Source: Nanobdellota archaeon
GTDB lineage: Archaea; Nanobdellota; Nanobdellia; Pacearchaeales; GW2011-AR1
Assembly: GCA_018830525.1 (NCBI GenBank)
Contig: JAHJSH010000020.1
Coordinates: 1 to 24,000 of the forward strand
Length of the DNA stretch: 24,000 nt
Direction of reading: 5' to 3'
A program made the translations under genes and the position numbers. Positions 15,592 through 24,000 of the stretch are shown piece after piece (the stretch's first letter is position 1; every line of letters starts with the position of its first letter). The notes beneath the pieces were generated by a model. That model was given only the letters and a program-made list of their open reading frames with translations, was not told where the DNA came from and searched no databases.

Positions 15592-16161
15592 ATGGCGAAA
15601 ACAATATTTGCACAAGACCCTGTAAAATTTATTCCAGCTCTAGCTGAGACTTTGAAGGGAATGGAAGAATTTGTTGTTCCTGAATGGGCTAATTATGTTA
15701 AATCTGGTGTTTCTCGAGAAAGGCCTCCAGTTAGTAATGATTTCTGGTATACTCGAGCGGCTTCTATTTTAAGACAGTTGTATATTCATGGTGTTGTTGG
15801 TGTTGGAAAGTTAAGAACACGTTATGGTTCTAGGAAAGACCGAGGGGGACAGCCAGATAAATTTTTCATGGCGGGTGGAAAGATAATCCGGGTTATCTTA
15901 CAACAGGCAGAAGCTGCAGGTTTGGTTGAGAAAGTTTTGAAATTGCAACATGGCCGAAGATTGACGGATAAGGGTCGAGCATTATTAGATTCTATTGAAG
16001 TTGAAGCAAAGACTGGTTTGAACTTTGGAGAAGTTAGCACTAAACCTTTAGAGATTACTCAAGAAGATAATTCTGGAGAAGAGGTTGAAGAGATAACTAA
16101 TGAAACTCCTATGGAAGAAGCTAAAGAAGAAATTGTGGAGGAAGAAATAGATGGCGAGTAG
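15592..16161 (+). CDS. rps19e: 30S ribosomal protein S19e
   Basis: EFVVPEWANYVKSGVSRERPPVSNDFWYTRAASILRQLYIHGVVGVGKLRTRYGSRKDRGGQPDKFFMAGGKIIRVILQQAE...GRRLTDKGRALLD; acidic C-terminal tail. Confidence 0.96.
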   Translation: MAKTIFAQDPVKFIPALAETLKGMEEFVVPEWANYVKSGVSRERPPVSNDFWYTRAASILRQLYIHGVVGVGKLRTRYGSRKDRGGQPDKFFMAGGKIIRVILQQAEAAGLVEKVLKLQHGRRLTDKGRALLDSIEVEAKTGLNFGEVSTKPLEITQEDNSGEEVEEITNETPMEEAKEEIVEEEIDGE

Positions 16162-16171
16162 AAAAGCGAAG

Positions 16172-16366
16172 ATGGCGAGTAGCAAGAAGAGGCATCTTGA
16201 CAAAGCTAAGGGACAGACAAACTGGGCTCCGTTCTGGACAGTTATTAAGAAATTTGGAAAGGGGAAGAAAGTTCACCCATCAAGTATTACTCATGTTAAG
16301 AGAAGTTGGAGTAGGACAAGTTTGAAAATTAAACCGCGTAAGATGAGGAAGGCAAATCTAGGATAA
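16172..16366 (+). CDS. rpl39e: 50S ribosomal protein L39e (ATG 16151 is an alternative start)
   Basis: MASSKKRHLDKAKGQTNWAPFWTVIKK...HPSSITHVKRSWSRTSLKI matches the short L39e pattern. Confidence 0.8.
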   Translation: MASSKKRHLDKAKGQTNWAPFWTVIKKFGKGKKVHPSSITHVKRSWSRTSLKIKPRKMRKANLG

Positions 16367-16367
16367 A

Positions 16368-17225
16368 ATGGTAGAGGAAAAAGAAACTAAAGTTGAGAAT
16401 GCACCCAAGGGTGTACACCAAGGAGGTGCGAGAACCTCTTCGAGGCCTCCTGCCCAGATGGCATCCGCTGACGCGGACAAGGTCGGCAAAGAGAAGGAAA
16501 CTAAGAAACTTGATGATCTTAAGAATACTGGGGAAAATAAGAAAGCTATTGTGGCACACACGGGTGTACCCTCTGATGAGAGCAAAGCTGAAGGTAAGAA
16601 TTTGGATGAGAAGGAAGAGAAGAAGGTTGAAAGCAAACCTGCGGTTGCTAAGGCTCCTAAATCTAAAAAAGGTGAAATAAAAGTTGAATTAGAGAGAGAA
16701 TATATTGTTCCGTTGAAGCGAGGTGTTTTGAATGTTCCACATTATAAGAGGGCTAAGAAAGCGGTTAGAGTTTTGAAAGAATTTATGGTTAAGCATATGG
16801 GTGTTCGTGATAGAGATTTGAGAAAAGTTAAGGTGGATATTAATTTGAATAATGAGATTTGGTTTAGGGGAATTAAGAAACCTATGAATAAGATAAAGGT
16901 TAAGGCTAAGAAGATTGACGGGATTGTTTATGTTGAATTAGCTGAAATTCCAAAATACGTAGGATTTAAGATTGCTAGAGAAGAAAAGAAGAAGGCTGCT
17001 TCTGTTGCTGCAAAGGTTAAGATGCCGAAGAAGGTTAAAGAAGAAGTTGTTGAGGATGCTGATAGGGATGGCATTGCAGATAAGACTGAAGAGAAAGAAG
17101 ATAGAAAAGCGGGTGGTGAGGCGGATGCTAAGTTTGAGAAGAGTATAGCAAAGAATGTTCAACATTCTACAAAAGGGGCCCACCTAAAAAAGACAATGCC
17201 TGTCAGGAAATCCCTTAAAAAATAA
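16368..17225 (+). CDS. rpl31e: 50S ribosomal protein L31e with long charged N- and C-terminal extensions
   Basis: Core ELEREYIVPLKRGVLNVPHYKRAKKAVRVLKEFMVKHMGVRDRDLRKVKVDINLNNEIWFRGIKKPMNKIKVKAKKIDGIVYVEL; about 100 aa before and 70 aa after. Confidence 0.9.
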   Translation: MVEEKETKVENAPKGVHQGGARTSSRPPAQMASADADKVGKEKETKKLDDLKNTGENKKAIVAHTGVPSDESKAEGKNLDEKEEKKVESKPAVAKAPKSKKGEIKVELEREYIVPLKRGVLNVPHYKRAKKAVRVLKEFMVKHMGVRDRDLRKVKVDINLNNEIWFRGIKKPMNKIKVKAKKIDGIVYVELAEIPKYVGFKIAREEKKKAASVAAKVKMPKKVKEEVVEDADRDGIADKTEEKEDRKAGGEADAKFEKSIAKNVQHSTKGAHLKKTMPVRKSLKK

Positions 17226-17226
17226 A

Positions 17227-17439
17227 ATGATATCTGATATAACCCTTGGGCTTGCAAGAATATTACATAATAAAATTATAGAAGGTTATGATTGTATTCC
17301 TCAAATTATTCGGAGGAGAGATTCTGTTGGATTTAATGTTGGTGGGCAAGAAGCTGGAAGAGTTGAACAGAGAGACTCTCATGTTTATTCTATTTATTAT
17401 TGCCCGAAGAGTCAGCAAGGGTTGCCAGTTTTTACTTAG
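17227..17439 (+). CDS. Hypothetical 70-aa protein (weak)
   Basis: ORF only; immediately downstream of rpl31e; no family recognised. Confidence 0.35.
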   Translation: MISDITLGLARILHNKIIEGYDCIPQIIRRRDSVGFNVGGQEAGRVEQRDSHVYSIYYCPKSQQGLPVFT

Positions 17440-17473
17440 TTAAGTTTTTAATTCAGTGATACATTAATCAATT

Positions 17474-18172
17474 ATGAAACAAATTAAGGCTGAATTAAGG
17501 AAATATATAGATAAGGAAAAAGTGAATATTCTTCAAGGATTCTTTAAAACTGGAAAAGGGCAATATGGTGAAGGAGATGTTTTTTTAGGGGTAAGCGTCC
17601 CGCAGGTAAGAAAAATTGCACAAGACGCAAGTGGCCGACTTTCATTTGGGGAACTTCAGCAACTAATTAATTCAAAAATTCATGAGGAAAGACTTGTGGC
17701 TTTATTAATATTAGTCAGTAGATATCAGGGCGGAGATGAATTGGAAAAGGAACGGATCTTTAAATTTTACAAGACCAATACTTCCAGAGTAAATAATTGG
17801 GATTTGGTTGATTTATCCGCTCCGAGTATTATGGGGGATTATTTGTTGGAAAAAGATAGGAGCCTATTATATTCGTTGGCCGTCTCGGAAAATTTGTGGG
17901 AAAGAAGAATTGCTATTATTTCTACATTCGCATTTATTCGTTCTGGGCAGTTTGAGGATACTCTTAAAATCTCAGAAATTTTGATGGGTGATGAACATGA
18001 CCTTATCCATAAGGCAGTTGGATGGATGTTGCGAGAAGTTGGGAAGAGAGATAGGAAAGTCTTGGAGGAATTTTTAAGAGAAAATTATTCTAATTTGCCG
18101 AGGACGACTTTGAGGTATGCAATTGAGCGGTTTGGGGTTGAGGAAAGAAAGAGGTGGTTGTTGGGGTTGTGA
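17474..18172 (+). CDS. DNA alkylation repair (AlkD-like, HEAT-repeat) protein
   Basis: GVSVPQVRKIAQDA, NWDLVDLSAPSIMGDYLLEKDRSLLYSLAVSENLWERRIAIISTFAFIRSGQF, DLIHKAVGWMLREVGKRDRKVLEEFL...LPRTTLRYAIERF. Confidence 0.93.
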   Translation: MKQIKAELRKYIDKEKVNILQGFFKTGKGQYGEGDVFLGVSVPQVRKIAQDASGRLSFGELQQLINSKIHEERLVALLILVSRYQGGDELEKERIFKFYKTNTSRVNNWDLVDLSAPSIMGDYLLEKDRSLLYSLAVSENLWERRIAIISTFAFIRSGQFEDTLKISEILMGDEHDLIHKAVGWMLREVGKRDRKVLEEFLRENYSNLPRTTLRYAIERFGVEERKRWLLGL

Positions 18173-18192
18173 GGAAGATTTAAGAGTTGATT
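18173..18192 (+). repeat. 20-bp direct repeat, copy 1 (contains TATA-like TTTAAGA)
   Basis: GGAAGATTTAAGAGTTGATT, identical to 20385-20404. Confidence 0.85.
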
Positions 18193-18207
18193 CTCCTTGA
18201 TTGGTTT

Positions 18208-20376
18208 ATGAAAAAAAGAGGATTAAGTTTCCCAGCAATTATTATAATTATTTTATTTTTCATAATATTAGCCGTCACTAGTTTTTTCCTTGCTCCCATT
18301 ATTAAGGAAAAGTTTGATGGGCGAGACAGTCCTTCGAGTTTGATTAATGATTCTCAGGCACAAGCCGGAACAACAAATAGTGGGGGTGGAGGAACAAACA
18401 CTACAGATTCTAATCAAGATACACCTAATCAAGAAGATTCAAATCAAGACGCTCAAGATTTAATTGATTTGCAAGAACAAATTCCTAATTGTACAGAATC
18501 TGATTGGACTTCAAGTATAAGTCCAATATCTTGTCCTTTAACAAGTAATCAGACAAAGAGTTGGAGTAAAATCGGTAATTGTGAAAATGGGATGGAACAT
18601 GATTCTTCTGAGACAATTAGTTGCAATCCAAATATTCCAACATGTACAGATTTTACTTATTCTGATTGGAGGGATTGTACTCAAAGTGGAACGCAATCAA
18701 GAAGTGTATTAACTTCTTCTCCTAACGAATGTCAAGGAGGAAATCCTGTTTTATCTCAACAATGTACGTATATTCCCCTAAGTTGTTCAGATGGAACTTT
18801 AATAGATTCTTGCTCTCTAACAAAACCTCTTTATTGTAATTCAACAGGTAAATTAAATTTTGATTGTTCTAGATGCAGATGTAATTCTGGATATGTTTGT
18901 GAAAATGGAGGTTGTGTTGTTGAAGAAATTTCATATTGGAAATTTGATACTAATGCAAATGATGAAGCAGGTATTAATAATGGAATATTAATGAATGGAG
19001 CGAGAATAGAAAATAATTTTTTAGTTTTAGATGGTGTAAATGATTATGTTAAAATTAATCATATTTCATCATTAGATTCTGCCACTAAAATAAGTATTAG
19101 TGCATGGATAAAATTAAGTCCTTCTATAGATTACCAAGTTATTTCTTCAGATACTTTAGGTTCTTCAGATATTTGGAATAAATGGTATTTTGGGATTAGA
19201 TCAAATAGTAAAAAACTATTTTTTAGTATTATGGATACTTCTTCTATTCAATATTCTAGTGGAGATTATGAACTTCCAGATTATAATAAATGGTATCATG
19301 TTGTGGGGGTTGTTGATAAAAATATGGGATTATCCTTATATGTTGATGGAGAACTAGTTTTAGAAAATTCTAAATCATTTTCTTTAAAACAATCTTCAGG
19401 AATAATCTATATTGGAAGTAAGGGGGAGGACAATGATGCAGATTATTTTAAAGGTTCAATTGACGATTTAATGATTTATAATAATGCATTAACTGAACAA
19501 GAAATTTTAGATGTCTATAGTATTCAAAAAACAGATAAATCTCCAAAATTTATATTTGCAGCAATAACTGACCCACATATAGGATTATATCTAGATTATC
19601 CTGATTGGCTTTTGCTTGGCTCAAAAGCTGATGAAGTATTAAAAACTGCTGTTGAAGATATTAATAAACAAGGAGTTAATTTTACGATTATTACTGGAGA
19701 TATTTCTACTTCTGGGACTCTTGCACAATTAACCAAAGCAAGTTCTTTATTAAATAATTTAGCTGCTCCATTTTATGTTGTTTCTGGAAATCATGATAAT
19801 GCTGGGAGTGATGGTAAAACGGCATTTATGAATATTTTTGGTTTTTCTTCAATTAATTATACTTTTAATTTTGGAGAATTTCATTTTATTGTTGTAGATC
19901 CCACCTTAGATCATTCTGTGAATTCTTATATGAATTTTACCAAAGAATTAAGAGATTGGATTGAAGATGACCTTTTTAATAATCCTAACAAATATACTTT
20001 TTTTATTACTCATCCTAATTTACAAGCACAGAATACTCCCCTTAATGGTGGAACATATTTTGGATTAGTATCTGGTTCAACTGAATTAAAAAATATTCTA
20101 GAAAATAATGGAAATGTTATCGCAACTATAGGCGGACATACACATACCACTAAGTATACAAATACAACTATATCTTATATTACTCTTGGTTCTCTTTTAG
20201 TCTATCCCTTACCAATAACTTATTTTTATGTTTATGACAATAGAATAGAGATCGTACAAAAAAGTATATCAAATCAAACTCTACTTAATTTAGCTAGTAA
20301 TTTATGTAGTCAATCAGATAGGGAGATTTTGCAGGGAGATTTAAATAATCGTGTGATAGATTATATAGAAGATTAA
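18208..20376 (+). CDS. Membrane-anchored or secreted multidomain protein: Cys-rich TSP1-like segments, LamG-like domain, calcineurin-like metallophosphoesterase
   Basis: N-terminal TM (FPAIIIIILFFIILAVTSFFLAP); two Cys/Trp segments; YWKFDTNANDEAGINNGILMNGARIENNFLVLDGVNDYVKINHISSLDSATKISISAWIKLS...SIDDLMIYNNALTEQEILDVYS (LamG); FAAITDPHIG, TGDIST, VSGNHDNAG, GGHTHTTK (phosphoesterase). Confidence 0.9.
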   Translation: MKKRGLSFPAIIIIILFFIILAVTSFFLAPIIKEKFDGRDSPSSLINDSQAQAGTTNSGGGGTNTTDSNQDTPNQEDSNQDAQDLIDLQEQIPNCTESDWTSSISPISCPLTSNQTKSWSKIGNCENGMEHDSSETISCNPNIPTCTDFTYSDWRDCTQSGTQSRSVLTSSPNECQGGNPVLSQQCTYIPLSCSDGTLIDSCSLTKPLYCNSTGKLNFDCSRCRCNSGYVCENGGCVVEEISYWKFDTNANDEAGINNGILMNGARIENNFLVLDGVNDYVKINHISSLDSATKISISAWIKLSPSIDYQVISSDTLGSSDIWNKWYFGIRSNSKKLFFSIMDTSSIQYSSGDYELPDYNKWYHVVGVVDKNMGLSLYVDGELVLENSKSFSLKQSSGIIYIGSKGEDNDADYFKGSIDDLMIYNNALTEQEILDVYSIQKTDKSPKFIFAAITDPHIGLYLDYPDWLLLGSKADEVLKTAVEDINKQGVNFTIITGDISTSGTLAQLTKASSLLNNLAAPFYVVSGNHDNAGSDGKTAFMNIFGFSSINYTFNFGEFHFIVVDPTLDHSVNSYMNFTKELRDWIEDDLFNNPNKYTFFITHPNLQAQNTPLNGGTYFGLVSGSTELKNILENNGNVIATIGGHTHTTKYTNTTISYITLGSLLVYPLPITYFYVYDNRIEIVQKSISNQTLLNLASNLCSQSDREILQGDLNNRVIDYIED

Positions 20377-20384
20377 TACCTACG

Positions 20385-20404
20385 GGAAGATTTAAGAGTT
20401 GATT
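20385..20404 (+). repeat. 20-bp direct repeat, copy 2
   Basis: GGAAGATTTAAGAGTTGATT, identical to 18173-18192. Confidence 0.85.
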
Positions 20405-20419
20405 ATTTGTTTATGTTTT

Positions 20420-21253
20420 ATGAAAGACCTATTAAACTTCAGCCTAATCAACATAGATAAGCCAGCAGGGCCTACCTCTTACTCTATTTCAGAGTTTATT
20501 CAGAGACAATTAAATCTTTCTAAAACCTCTCATATGGGGACGCTTGACCCGAAGGTTACAGGGGTTTTGCCTATTACATTGGGAAGAGCTTGCAAGTTGG
20601 CGGGTTATTTCATTAAGCATGATAAAAGTTATGTTGGAGTTTTGGAAACGCACAAAGAACAGGATATTAAGAAATTGCAAAAGTTAATTGATAATAAGTT
20701 TATGGGGAAGATTTTGCAGACCCCACCACATCGTTCGGCTGTTAAGCGAGAAGAACGTGAAAGGGAGGTTTATTCTTGGAAATTGACTGAGGCTTCAGAA
20801 GATAATAAGAGCTTTTTATTTGAAACTCGAGTCCAGGGAGGGACTTACATTCGGAAACTTTGTTCGGATTTAGGAGATATGATTGGAGGAGCACATATGG
20901 GTGAGCTTAGGCGGACAGAAGCGGGAATTTTTGATGAATCGACTTTAGTTAAGCTTGATGATTTTGTTGAGGCAGTTAAGGAATATAAAATTGGTAATGA
21001 GGCTAGGTTGAAGAAAATGTTGCTTCCTGCTGAAGATGCTATAAGAAAGGTTTTGCCGGTTGTTGAGGTGGATAAATCTGCGATTAAGGCGTTGCACATG
21101 GGAAAGCCATTGTTATATAGTAATGTTAAGGGGGATCTTAATTTAAAGCCGGGAGAGGTTTTTGCGTTGTTTTATGAGAATCAATTCATTGGAGTGTATA
21201 AAAAGACGGATGAGGAGAATATTTTTGGGCGTAGCGAGTTTGTGTTTAACTGA
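20420..21253 (+). CDS. cbf5: TruB/Cbf5-family tRNA/rRNA pseudouridine synthase
   Basis: NIDKPAGPTSYSISEFIQRQLNLSKTSHMGTLDPKVTGVLPITLGRACKLAGYF, TPPHRSAVKREEREREVY, VQGGTYIRKLCSDLGDMIGGAHMGELRRTEAG. Confidence 0.93.
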   Translation: MKDLLNFSLINIDKPAGPTSYSISEFIQRQLNLSKTSHMGTLDPKVTGVLPITLGRACKLAGYFIKHDKSYVGVLETHKEQDIKKLQKLIDNKFMGKILQTPPHRSAVKREEREREVYSWKLTEASEDNKSFLFETRVQGGTYIRKLCSDLGDMIGGAHMGELRRTEAGIFDESTLVKLDDFVEAVKEYKIGNEARLKKMLLPAEDAIRKVLPVVEVDKSAIKALHMGKPLLYSNVKGDLNLKPGEVFALFYENQFIGVYKKTDEENIFGRSEFVFN

Positions 21254-21306
21254 TATATACTTTCTAGAATAGATTTATTTTTAAGTGGGGAATTCTTGAT
21301 TTTAGC

Positions 21307-24000
21307 ATGGCAGAGGATGAAAGTGTACCATTAGGTGACCCTCCAGAAAATGGGGAAAGGCAAAAATATGCGATTAAACAAGATGATTTTTTAATTGATG
21401 CTAAAGAATTTTTTGAGGCTAATCGTAAACAGATTGGGAAGGTAGCAAAAGCAGGGGAAAAAATTGTTCATATTGATTTTGAAGATTTTTCGGCGCATTC
21501 TCCCGGGCTTTCAGATCAGTTGATTGATCGACCAGAGGAGACGATTCAGTTATTGGAAGTTTCTTTAGAGGAATTAGAATGGGCGCCGAATGATGCGCGT
21601 GCGAGGTTTATGAGTATTTCTCCTACGCAGGAAATTTTTATTAGGGATATCCGAGCGAAGCATTTAGGAAAGATGATTAGTATTGAAGGAATTGTCCGGC
21701 AAGCTTCGGAAGTTCGGCCGTTGGTTACGAATGCGAAGTTTGAATGTCCGAGTTGTGGGACAATTATTTCAGTTTTACAGATTGATAAGAAATTTAAAGA
21801 GCCCTCGAGATGTTCGTGTGGTCGGCGTGGAGGATTCAAGGAAATTTCTAAGGATATGGTTGATGCACAAGTTTTGACGATTGAAGAGGCTTCGGATAAT
21901 TTGAGTGGGGGGGAGCAGCCAAAGAGGATGGTGATTTTTCTAAAGGAAGATTTGGTTGATCCTAAGATGGAGACTAGGACCACTCCGGGGAGTCGTGTTA
22001 AAGTTATTGGGGTCTTAAAGGAGATTGCGATTTCGTCTTCTAGTGGTGCGATGTTAACTCGTTTTGATTTGGCGGTTGAAGCGAATAATGTTATTCCTAT
22101 GGAGGAAAGTTTTGAAGATATTGATATTAGTGAGGAAGATGAGCGAGCGATTAAAGAGTTGGCTGCGGATCCTAAGGGGATGGCTAAGATGGCTAAAAGT
22201 ATTGCTCCGTCGATTTGGGGGCACGAGAATGTTAAGCAGGCGCTTGCGTTGCAGTTGTTTAGTGGAGTTAAGAAAAAACGAAGTGATGGGACGCATATGA
22301 GGGGGGATATCCATGTTTTGTTGGTTGGTGATCCGGGTGTTGCGAAATCGGTTATGTTAAGTTTTATCTCGAGTGTCGCTCCGAAAGCACGTTATGTTTC
22401 GGGTAAATCTTCTACTGGTGCGGGACTTACGGCGACGGTTGTTAAAGATGAGTTGTTGAAAGGTTGGTCGTTGGAAGCAGGTGCGATGGTTCTTGCGAAT
22501 AAGGGGCAGGTTTGTATTGATGAGTTTGATAAAATGAATGAAGAGGATCGGTCGACAATGCACGAGGCGATGGAACAGCAATGCATGTTACCTGACTTTA
22601 AATTGATGTTATCTAATGGTCAAGAGGTAGAAATAGGTAAATTTGTTGATGATTTGATTGAGAAAAATAATAAAAAAGTTTATGTGGGAAAGGATTGTGA
22701 AATAGTCTCGGTCGATAATGTTGAATTGATTTCTACAGATTTTTCAAGGCATTTTCCAATGAAAGCAGATAGGGTGAGCAGACATTTGGCTCCTTCAGAA
22801 TTTGTTAAAATTGAATTGAGCGATGGAAAGGAAATTACAGTAACCTCTGAACATCCTTGCTGGATTATAAAAAATGGGAAGATAACAACAGTTCCTGCTG
22901 AAAAATTAGGGGGGGGCGATTATTTTCCGATTGCGTCTGAAATTAAAATTGAGGAAGAAGAATATAAGGTTGAAAATGATTATTTGTGTAAAATTCTAGG
23001 GTATCATTTAAGTGATGGATGTTATGAATTAAATGGGGGAAAGAAAACTGGAATACAATTTTGGAACAAGGATAAGGATTTGATAGGGGATTATAAGGAT
23101 TCTATTAAAAGATTCTTTGGGATTAATCCGAAAATTACTAAAAGAAATAAACAATTTGCTGTGAGAGTTATTTCTAAAAAAGTTGCTGATTATTTTTATA
23201 AATTAGATCCAAGTCTTATGGAAAAAGGAGAATTTAAGAAAATTCCGGATAAGGTATTAAGTTTCTCAAGAGAGAATATAAAATATTTATTGAGGGCTTT
23301 ATTTGACGGAGATGGGACAATGGTAAATCAAAATAGAAATGGTTGTCGTGTTGGATTTGTTACTCAAAATAGTATCTTGGCGGAACAAGTTAGCAATCTT
23401 TTACTAAGATTTGGTATTTCATCATCTATTTTTAAGGATAAGAATGTGTTTAGGCTCGATATCTCGGGACAAGAAAATTTATCTAAGTTTTTTTTAAATA
23501 TAGGTTTTTTATCGCAACATAAAAATCAGAGATTAATGCAATATTGTGAAAAGGAAAAAACTTATCGAACAATTAAGGATGTTATCCCGCATTGTACTGA
23601 AAAAATAAATAACATTTTTAAAAAATTAAAAATCTCTGCAAAAAAAGAGATTGGACATTCTATCGATTTAGGTGTTGAAAAACAGAGAGTCTTTCTTCAG
23701 AAACTTGTGTTGATTGCTGAAAAATATGCATTAAAACAAAACAATAAAATAATTTTGGAGGAGATTAATGATATCAAAAAACTTGCTTTTGGATATGCAA
23801 GATGGATGAAAATTAAAGAAGTTTCTAAAATAAAAAATAATGGGATAAAATGGGTTTATGATGTAACAATCGAGCCATATCATACTTTTATTTCAAATGG
23901 GATGGTTTTACATAATACTGTTACGATTACGAAGGCGACTGTTCAGGCTACTTTGCGGGCCCAGACTTCGGTTCTTGCTGCGGCGAATCCTAAGTTCGGG
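21307..24000 (+). CDS. mcm: Replicative minichromosome maintenance helicase (MCM), intein-containing, 3' partial
   Basis: Open frame to window end. FECPSCG...RCSCG zinc motif, VLLVGDPGVAKSVML (Walker A), QVCIDEFDKMNEEDRSTMHEAMEQQ (Walker B), then after the intein TVTITKATVQATLRAQTSVLAAANPKFG. Confidence 0.96.
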   Translation, partial: MAEDESVPLGDPPENGERQKYAIKQDDFLIDAKEFFEANRKQIGKVAKAGEKIVHIDFEDFSAHSPGLSDQLIDRPEETIQLLEVSLEELEWAPNDARARFMSISPTQEIFIRDIRAKHLGKMISIEGIVRQASEVRPLVTNAKFECPSCGTIISVLQIDKKFKEPSRCSCGRRGGFKEISKDMVDAQVLTIEEASDNLSGGEQPKRMVIFLKEDLVDPKMETRTTPGSRVKVIGVLKEIAISSSSGAMLTRFDLAVEANNVIPMEESFEDIDISEEDERAIKELAADPKGMAKMAKSIAPSIWGHENVKQALALQLFSGVKKKRSDGTHMRGDIHVLLVGDPGVAKSVMLSFISSVAPKARYVSGKSSTGAGLTATVVKDELLKGWSLEAGAMVLANKGQVCIDEFDKMNEEDRSTMHEAMEQQCMLPDFKLMLSNGQEVEIGKFVDDLIEKNNKKVYVGKDCEIVSVDNVELISTDFSRHFPMKADRVSRHLAPSEFVKIELSDGKEITVTSEHPCWIIKNGKITTVPAEKLGGGDYFPIASEIKIEEEEYKVENDYLCKILGYHLSDGCYELNGGKKTGIQFWNKDKDLIGDYKDSIKRFFGINPKITKRNKQFAVRVISKKVADYFYKLDPSLMEKGEFKKIPDKVLSFSRENIKYLLRALFDGDGTMVNQNRNGCRVGFVTQNSILAEQVSNLLLRFGISSSIFKDKNVFRLDISGQENLSKFFLNIGFLSQHKNQRLMQYCEKEKTYRTIKDVIPHCTEKINNIFKKLKISAKKEIGHSIDLGVEKQRVFLQKLVLIAEKYALKQNNKIILEEINDIKKLAFGYARWMKIKEVSKIKNNGIKWVYDVTIEPYHTFISNGMVLHNTVTITKATVQATLRAQTSVLAAANPKFG
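22582..23916 (+). mobile_element. In-frame intein with LAGLIDADG homing endonuclease (445 aa)
   Basis: Starts at Cys (TGC 22582) after MEQQ and ends ...YDVTIEPYHTFISNGMVLHN (AAT 23914-23916) before Thr; block-B-like TVTSEHPC; endonuclease motifs ILGYHLSDG and LLRALFDGDG. Confidence 0.95.

Noticed and set aside
16358-16680. Alternative-frame ORFs (16358..16636 minus, 16393..16680 plus)
   Set aside because: Overlap the L31e extension; they arise from biased Lys/Glu/Ala codons and lack recognisable motifs.
21546-22586. Several ORFs overlapping MCM (21546..21983, 21683..21877, 22054..22314, 22064..22300, 22357..22581, 22392..22586)
   Set aside because: All fall inside the strongly supported MCM coding frame.
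1-24000. CRISPR array, prophage, restriction-modification or transposase genes
   Set aside because: No regularly spaced repeats and no proteins with these signatures were seen in the window.

Overview
This is a gene-dense, AT-rich archaeal window. The informational gene set (Sec61beta, NAC, L15e, S19e, L39e, L31e, TBP, ATP-dependent ligase, Cbf5, MCM) and the small compact genes with TATA boxes close to start codons suggest a DPANN-like archaeon; that lineage is my inference. Most of the window is housekeeping: Sec61beta, NAC, a MinD/ParA-like ATPase, a complete AccA-like carboxyltransferase, MetG with a C-terminal tRNA-binding domain, an MFS transporter, a Zn-ribbon protein, tRNA-Ile(GAT), a free-standing LAGLIDADG endonuclease, rpl15e, PspC, GNAT, thioredoxin, DNA ligase, TBP, PRPP synthetase, an NFACT-R-like protein plus a CRM/YhbY-like protein, rps19e/rpl39e/rpl31e, an AlkD-like protein, a large surface LamG/metallophosphoesterase protein, Cbf5/TruB-family pseudouridine synthase, and an MCM gene interrupted by a LAGLIDADG intein and truncated by the window edge. 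I did not find a clear new defence system. The most interesting unexplained signals are: (1) two copies of an ungapped 46-nt element at identical distance (86 nt) upstream of the minD-like and rps19e start codons, with a shared predicted hairpin; (2) a dense structured locus at about 5823-6083 containing a tRNA-Gly(CCC)-like body without an adjacent T-arm 3' half; (3) a roughly 65-nt degenerate direct repeat shared between that locus and the region next to tRNA-Ile, where the tRNA 3' end is itself duplicated; (4) a perfect 20-bp direct repeat carrying promoter sequence that brackets the surface phosphoesterase gene.
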